Of a stretch of 64,000 bases of DNA, positions 60,574 to 64,000 are shown one piece after another. Numbering within the stretch: the first letter of the stretch is position 1; each line of letters begins with the position of its first letter. Source of the stretch: a virus; IMG/VR virus record IMGVR_UViG_3300037041_000399, positions 14,237-78,236 of that record; one strand, given 5' to 3'. The notes beneath the pieces were generated by a model. The model saw only the letters and a program-made list of their open reading frames with translations, searched no databases and was not told where the DNA came from. Both the position numbers and the translations under genes were made by a program.

Positions 60574-60600
60574 CAAATTTTGTATCCTTTGACGGGCGTT
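60461..60600 (+). repeat. Second GC-rich GGG(G)C island
   Basis: ~67% GC over 60461-60570; GCGGGGGCAGGTGTGCC (60490) is 15/17 identical to 38001-38017. Confidence 0.7.
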
Positions 60601-60622
60601 GGTTTTAACTCGTGTGTCCAAC

Positions 60623-60639
60623 CCCGTTAAATTAACCCT
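60623..60639 (+). promoter_or_regulatory. CCCGTTAAATTAACCCT motif, copy 5
   Basis: Exact motif upstream of ATG 60701. Confidence 0.75.
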
Positions 60640-60700
60640 ATTTTCAAAAACGAAGATAGAAAACACACATATTTAATTATTTTATTATTGGAGTATTATC

Positions 60701-61276
60701 ATGTCACAAATTCAACAAGCTTTCGTTATTGATGGAAAAATCTTTGCAAGTAAAGCAGAAGCACAAGCGTTCATTCGTCGTCCTTTGATCTTGAAAGCAT
60801 TCCTAGACTTAACAAATAACAATCAAGAATTATCTGGTTGGTTAGTTGAAAATCAGGAAGTGGTTGAAGCCGCATTCGAAACCGGTACAATTAGACGTGT
60901 AACTAAATCTGACTATGCTAAATTAGATAAAGCATTGGCTGAGTTAACATCAGGCTTCTTGTTCGATAACTTAGAAGCTGTTCGTGAATCATTCAGATGG
61001 CCTACAGTTAAACGTATGTCACCAGAAGAAAAGACTGCTGAAGCTACTAGCATTATCTTTAAAGCTTCTGAAAATGCTGAATTAGCTGGTTGGGTAGTAG
61101 AAAACCAAAAAGCAGTATTAGAAGGCTATAAAGCTGGCGTTGAGAAACGTGAAGTATCAGAAAAAGCTGTTGCTGGTTTAGCTAAATGGCGTGCTGAAAA
61201 AGCTGAAATGGAAGCTGCAACTGCAGAAGGCCCAGATGCTGTAGAAGCATTATTAGCAAAACGCGCTGCACAATAA
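60701..61276 (+). CDS. Hypothetical helical protein with internal duplication, likely highly expressed
   Basis: NQELSGWLVENQEVV / NAELAGWVVENQKAV repeat; own promoter motif, RBS and terminator. Confidence 0.7.
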   Translation: MSQIQQAFVIDGKIFASKAEAQAFIRRPLILKAFLDLTNNNQELSGWLVENQEVVEAAFETGTIRRVTKSDYAKLDKALAELTSGFLFDNLEAVRESFRWPTVKRMSPEEKTAEATSIIFKASENAELAGWVVENQKAVLEGYKAGVEKREVSEKAVAGLAKWRAEKAEMEAATAEGPDAVEALLAKRAAQ

Positions 61277-61288
61277 TAAATTAATAAG

Positions 61289-61319
61289 ACCCCTTGACCT
61301 TTACGGTTGAGGGGTTTTT
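61289..61319 (+). terminator. Intrinsic terminator
   Basis: ACCCCTTGACC/GGTTGAGGGGT stem with T-run. Confidence 0.75.
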
Positions 61320-61487
61320 AATCGAGATTCTTATGAAAATACTATTGATACTAGTTTTAAGCATTACAACAGCTCATGCTGATGTTAAGTGGATCGGCAG
61401 GGGTAAATGTAAGGTACAATTAATCACTGAGAAGAGACATGATATTCTTGGTGGACTTGCAACAACACATAGATTTGGGAAATTACA

Positions 61488-61808
61488 ATGTACTCGGTAG
61501 TAGGTATTACATTCAGACCAGACCCTGTTCAGGCCTTTTACTTTAGAATCCAATCCGGTGATGTTGGCTACTTACAAAGAGAGCCCTCTAACCCGTACGA
61601 TCCAGATGCTGTAAGAGTACTAGCTTTGGATAGTACAGTAAATAAATTTGTGTTTATAGGCTACCTTCCTAAAGGTATGTCTAAGGTGTTTAAGAAAGAG
61701 TATGCAACAATTAAGTTCATTGAAAACCGTAGATTTGAAATTCTCGATGAATACGACAACAATCCGAAAGGAGAAATCATAAATGCTAATCAAACTGAGT
61801 CTGTGTAA
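61488..61808 (+). CDS. HIRAN domain protein
   Basis: VVGITFR...LQREPSNPYDPDAVRV...IGYLPK. Confidence 0.8.
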   Translation: MYSVVGITFRPDPVQAFYFRIQSGDVGYLQREPSNPYDPDAVRVLALDSTVNKFVFIGYLPKGMSKVFKKEYATIKFIENRRFEILDEYDNNPKGEIINANQTESV

Positions 61809-63798
61809 TAACCCGAATAAGCTTGTTGTATTAAATATAGCTATGACGCAGTCTACTGAAATGTACAGAGAGGGTAGTACTTTTAAATTAGCTGCATACT
61901 ATAGTGATGGTACGCCAGGTATGCTGTACGATATTACTGAAAATTGCTACAATCGCTTACTTCACAAATTGGAGATGGTGTCATGATTTTTACTTTAACC
62001 GATATAAATGATGGTGTTAAATATGTATTGAATGTAGAGCACTTATCAGGCCTTGTTTTAGATCCGCCAGAAGGCAATGAAGTGGATATTACCATTATGT
62101 ACCCACAAGCTATTCGCTATGTAACTGTTAACTTAGAAGATGCCAAACGTATTGGAGACTATTATGCTACAATTAGATAAAATTTATTATGATATGAATA
62201 GTCACCGTGTTAAGACTGTACATGAACAAGATGACAGACTAGTAGGTGTTAATTTGTTTAATGGAGACTTAAATTGGTATAGGCTTGATGGTAAAAGCCT
62301 TGCAGGTGCTGATATTATAATGCCATTAGAGTTGGAGCTTAATCATGTTTATAAGGATCGTGCAAATAGACTTGTTAAAATTGTTTACATTGCTGATGAT
62401 AAGGATGACTTTATGCGCTGCTTAGGTGTGTTTAAGAGCCTCACAAAAGAGTGTGCCAATTGGTACGGTACTACAGGGCATTACCATCACGATTGTAGTT
62501 TTGCGTCTTATGATTTAATAGGAGAATGCCATGAAGGTTGGAGATAAGGTTTGTACATTTGCAAATGAAGGTCTTATTGTGTATATAGATAATAATCCTG
62601 GGACACGTTTCCCTTATCTTGTTGTTTATATAAATACTAATGGTGGCGCATATTCTAATTGGCATACAGGAAACGATTTAAAGCCAGTGCCTAAGTTTAA
62701 AACAGGTGAAGTTTGGTTAACCCGAAATGGGAAGAAACTTACTATTGTTAGCGTTCATGGTAATACTATATTAGCCGTTCGAGACCCTAATACTGAGCAT
62801 GCTGCAATATTCGACTTTGAACCAGACGGTAAATATCATGCCGACTGCGAAAATGATTATGACTTAATGGAGAAAGTAAATGTTTAAAGTCAACGATAAA
62901 GTTTATATAGATAATAGTGTTGCAACAGTCTATACAATTGTATTTATAGCTGATCTGTATCTACTTGTGTATAAGAACTTAGATGATAGCTATAGCAGTC
63001 GATGGGTACATCCATCCAAAATTATGCCAGTACCTAAGTTTAAGCTACATCAAGTTTGGGAAATGCGTGATGGTGACCATGCTGAAATTGTTAGCATTTC
63101 TTCACGCAACATGATGGTGGTATACAGTAAGAATAGTGAGGCACATGGTACAGTAGGGCTAGATTTAAGTGGTCGCTACTATGGCACTGGTACATTATCT
63201 GATTATGACTTAGTGAGACAAATACGATGATTTTAAAAATTCATGCATTGTATTATACTGCTACAGGCAGACCGATTCGAATAGCGTATAAGGCTGGTGG
63301 AAAGTTCCCTGTGATTGCGCTTGACGTGCTTACCGGCGACACGGTTTACTACAAGCGTAACGGTGAGCATAAAGACCCTTTAAAAAATATTACTGAAAAG
63401 GCTCCTAAGCCTGGAATAGGAGATACGTGGCAAATGAAGAATGGTCTTTGCGTCGATATTGTTAGTATTAACAAAAAAGAAATGCTTGTGTTAATGAATA
63501 AAAACACTGCTAATCATGACTGTATGTTTTTAGATTTAGATGGCCGTGAGAATAACGGCTGGGGAAATGAATACGATTTGGTGAGAAAAGTACGATGATT
63601 ATTTTAATACAAACTAAAGATAAGGTAGAGTCATTTATTAATTTAGATAACGTTGCTGGCTTTACACTAGATAAGACTAACTTAGACTTTCCAGCACTAG
63701 ATGTTAGTCTTAACGACGGACGGGATTACCGTTTTCGCTTAACCATAAACGAATACATGCATTTTATTGAGCGTCTTCGCGATTATAACGACTCCTAA
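61783..63798 (+). CDS. Array of small paralogous genes (61783, ~61983, 62140, 62531, 62880, 63227, 63595)
   Basis: Coupled ORFs; four share the TRNG/MRDG...IVS...G...YDL repeat domain. Confidence 0.6.
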
Positions 63799-63802
63799 AT
63801 AA

Positions 63803-63887
63803 CCCCCTCTCTACTCTCTCATTTGGATGCCTTCGGGTGTTCATTTGGGAGGGTAGGGAGGGATTCCCTTATTTTTTTTTTTTTTTT
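63803..63887 (+). terminator. Very long cUUCGg hairpin with displaced T16 tract
   Basis: CCCTCTCTACTCTCTCA...GGATGCC-TTCG-GGTGTTC...TGGGAGGGTAGGGAGGG, then ATTCCCTTA, T16. Confidence 0.75.
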
Positions 63888-64000
63888 ATGGTCTCAGAAC
63901 ACAGTAAAGATGGTGATATTACGTCTCCTTATAAGGGAGTTTTTTGGCACACTAAAAGATGCAAGTGGATAGCAGATACTAGAATAGTACAAAAGTTTAG
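63888..64000 (+). CDS. Partial ORF with AP2-like motif, truncated by window end
   Basis: TSPYKGVFWHTKRCKWIA. Confidence 0.35.
   Translation, partial: MVSEHSKDGDITSPYKGVFWHTKRCKWIADTRIVQKF

Noticed and set aside
1-64000. tRNA, rRNA, integrase/repressor, terminase, purZ or other DNA-modification genes
   Set aside because: None recognisable by eye; the terminase probably lies outside the window, and a tRNA scan was not possible

Overview
The window is ~64 kb of an AT-rich (roughly 36-37% GC by eye) lytic tailed phage genome, with essentially all real genes on the + strand. 1-37.5 kb is a siphovirus-type morphogenesis module: portal, head, connectors, two tandem tail-tube paralogs, a frameshifted G/GT chaperone, a 3826-aa tape measure protein with a lytic transglycosylase, tail tip, fibre and holin. 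38-41.4 kb holds small early-type genes. 41.5-58.3 kb is a T7-like transcription/replication module (RNAP, SSB, PolA, exonuclease, primase-helicase, NrdAB, ligase, kinase), followed by small accessory genes. The terminase is not in the window. The standout is a two-polymerase system. A complete MuF/SPP1-gp7 minor head protein is fused in frame to a catalytically intact, cysteine-free T7-family RNA polymerase (1771 aa, 1960-7275) in the head operon, which suggests a virion-packaged, injected RNAP. A second, conventional T7-like RNAP lies at 41557-43776. Two distinct repeated promoter-like motifs match this: GCGGAAA-N5-GTATCTTATATGAAGTAC x2 in the early region and CCCGTTAAATTAACCC x5. The non-coding DNA also contains a type III hammerhead ribozyme abutting an H-type pseudoknot, a second covarying copy of that pseudoknot, GGGGC-rich GC islands and unusual long-hairpin/poly-T terminators. 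All calls come from reading motifs by eye; no database searches were run, so novelty is unverified.
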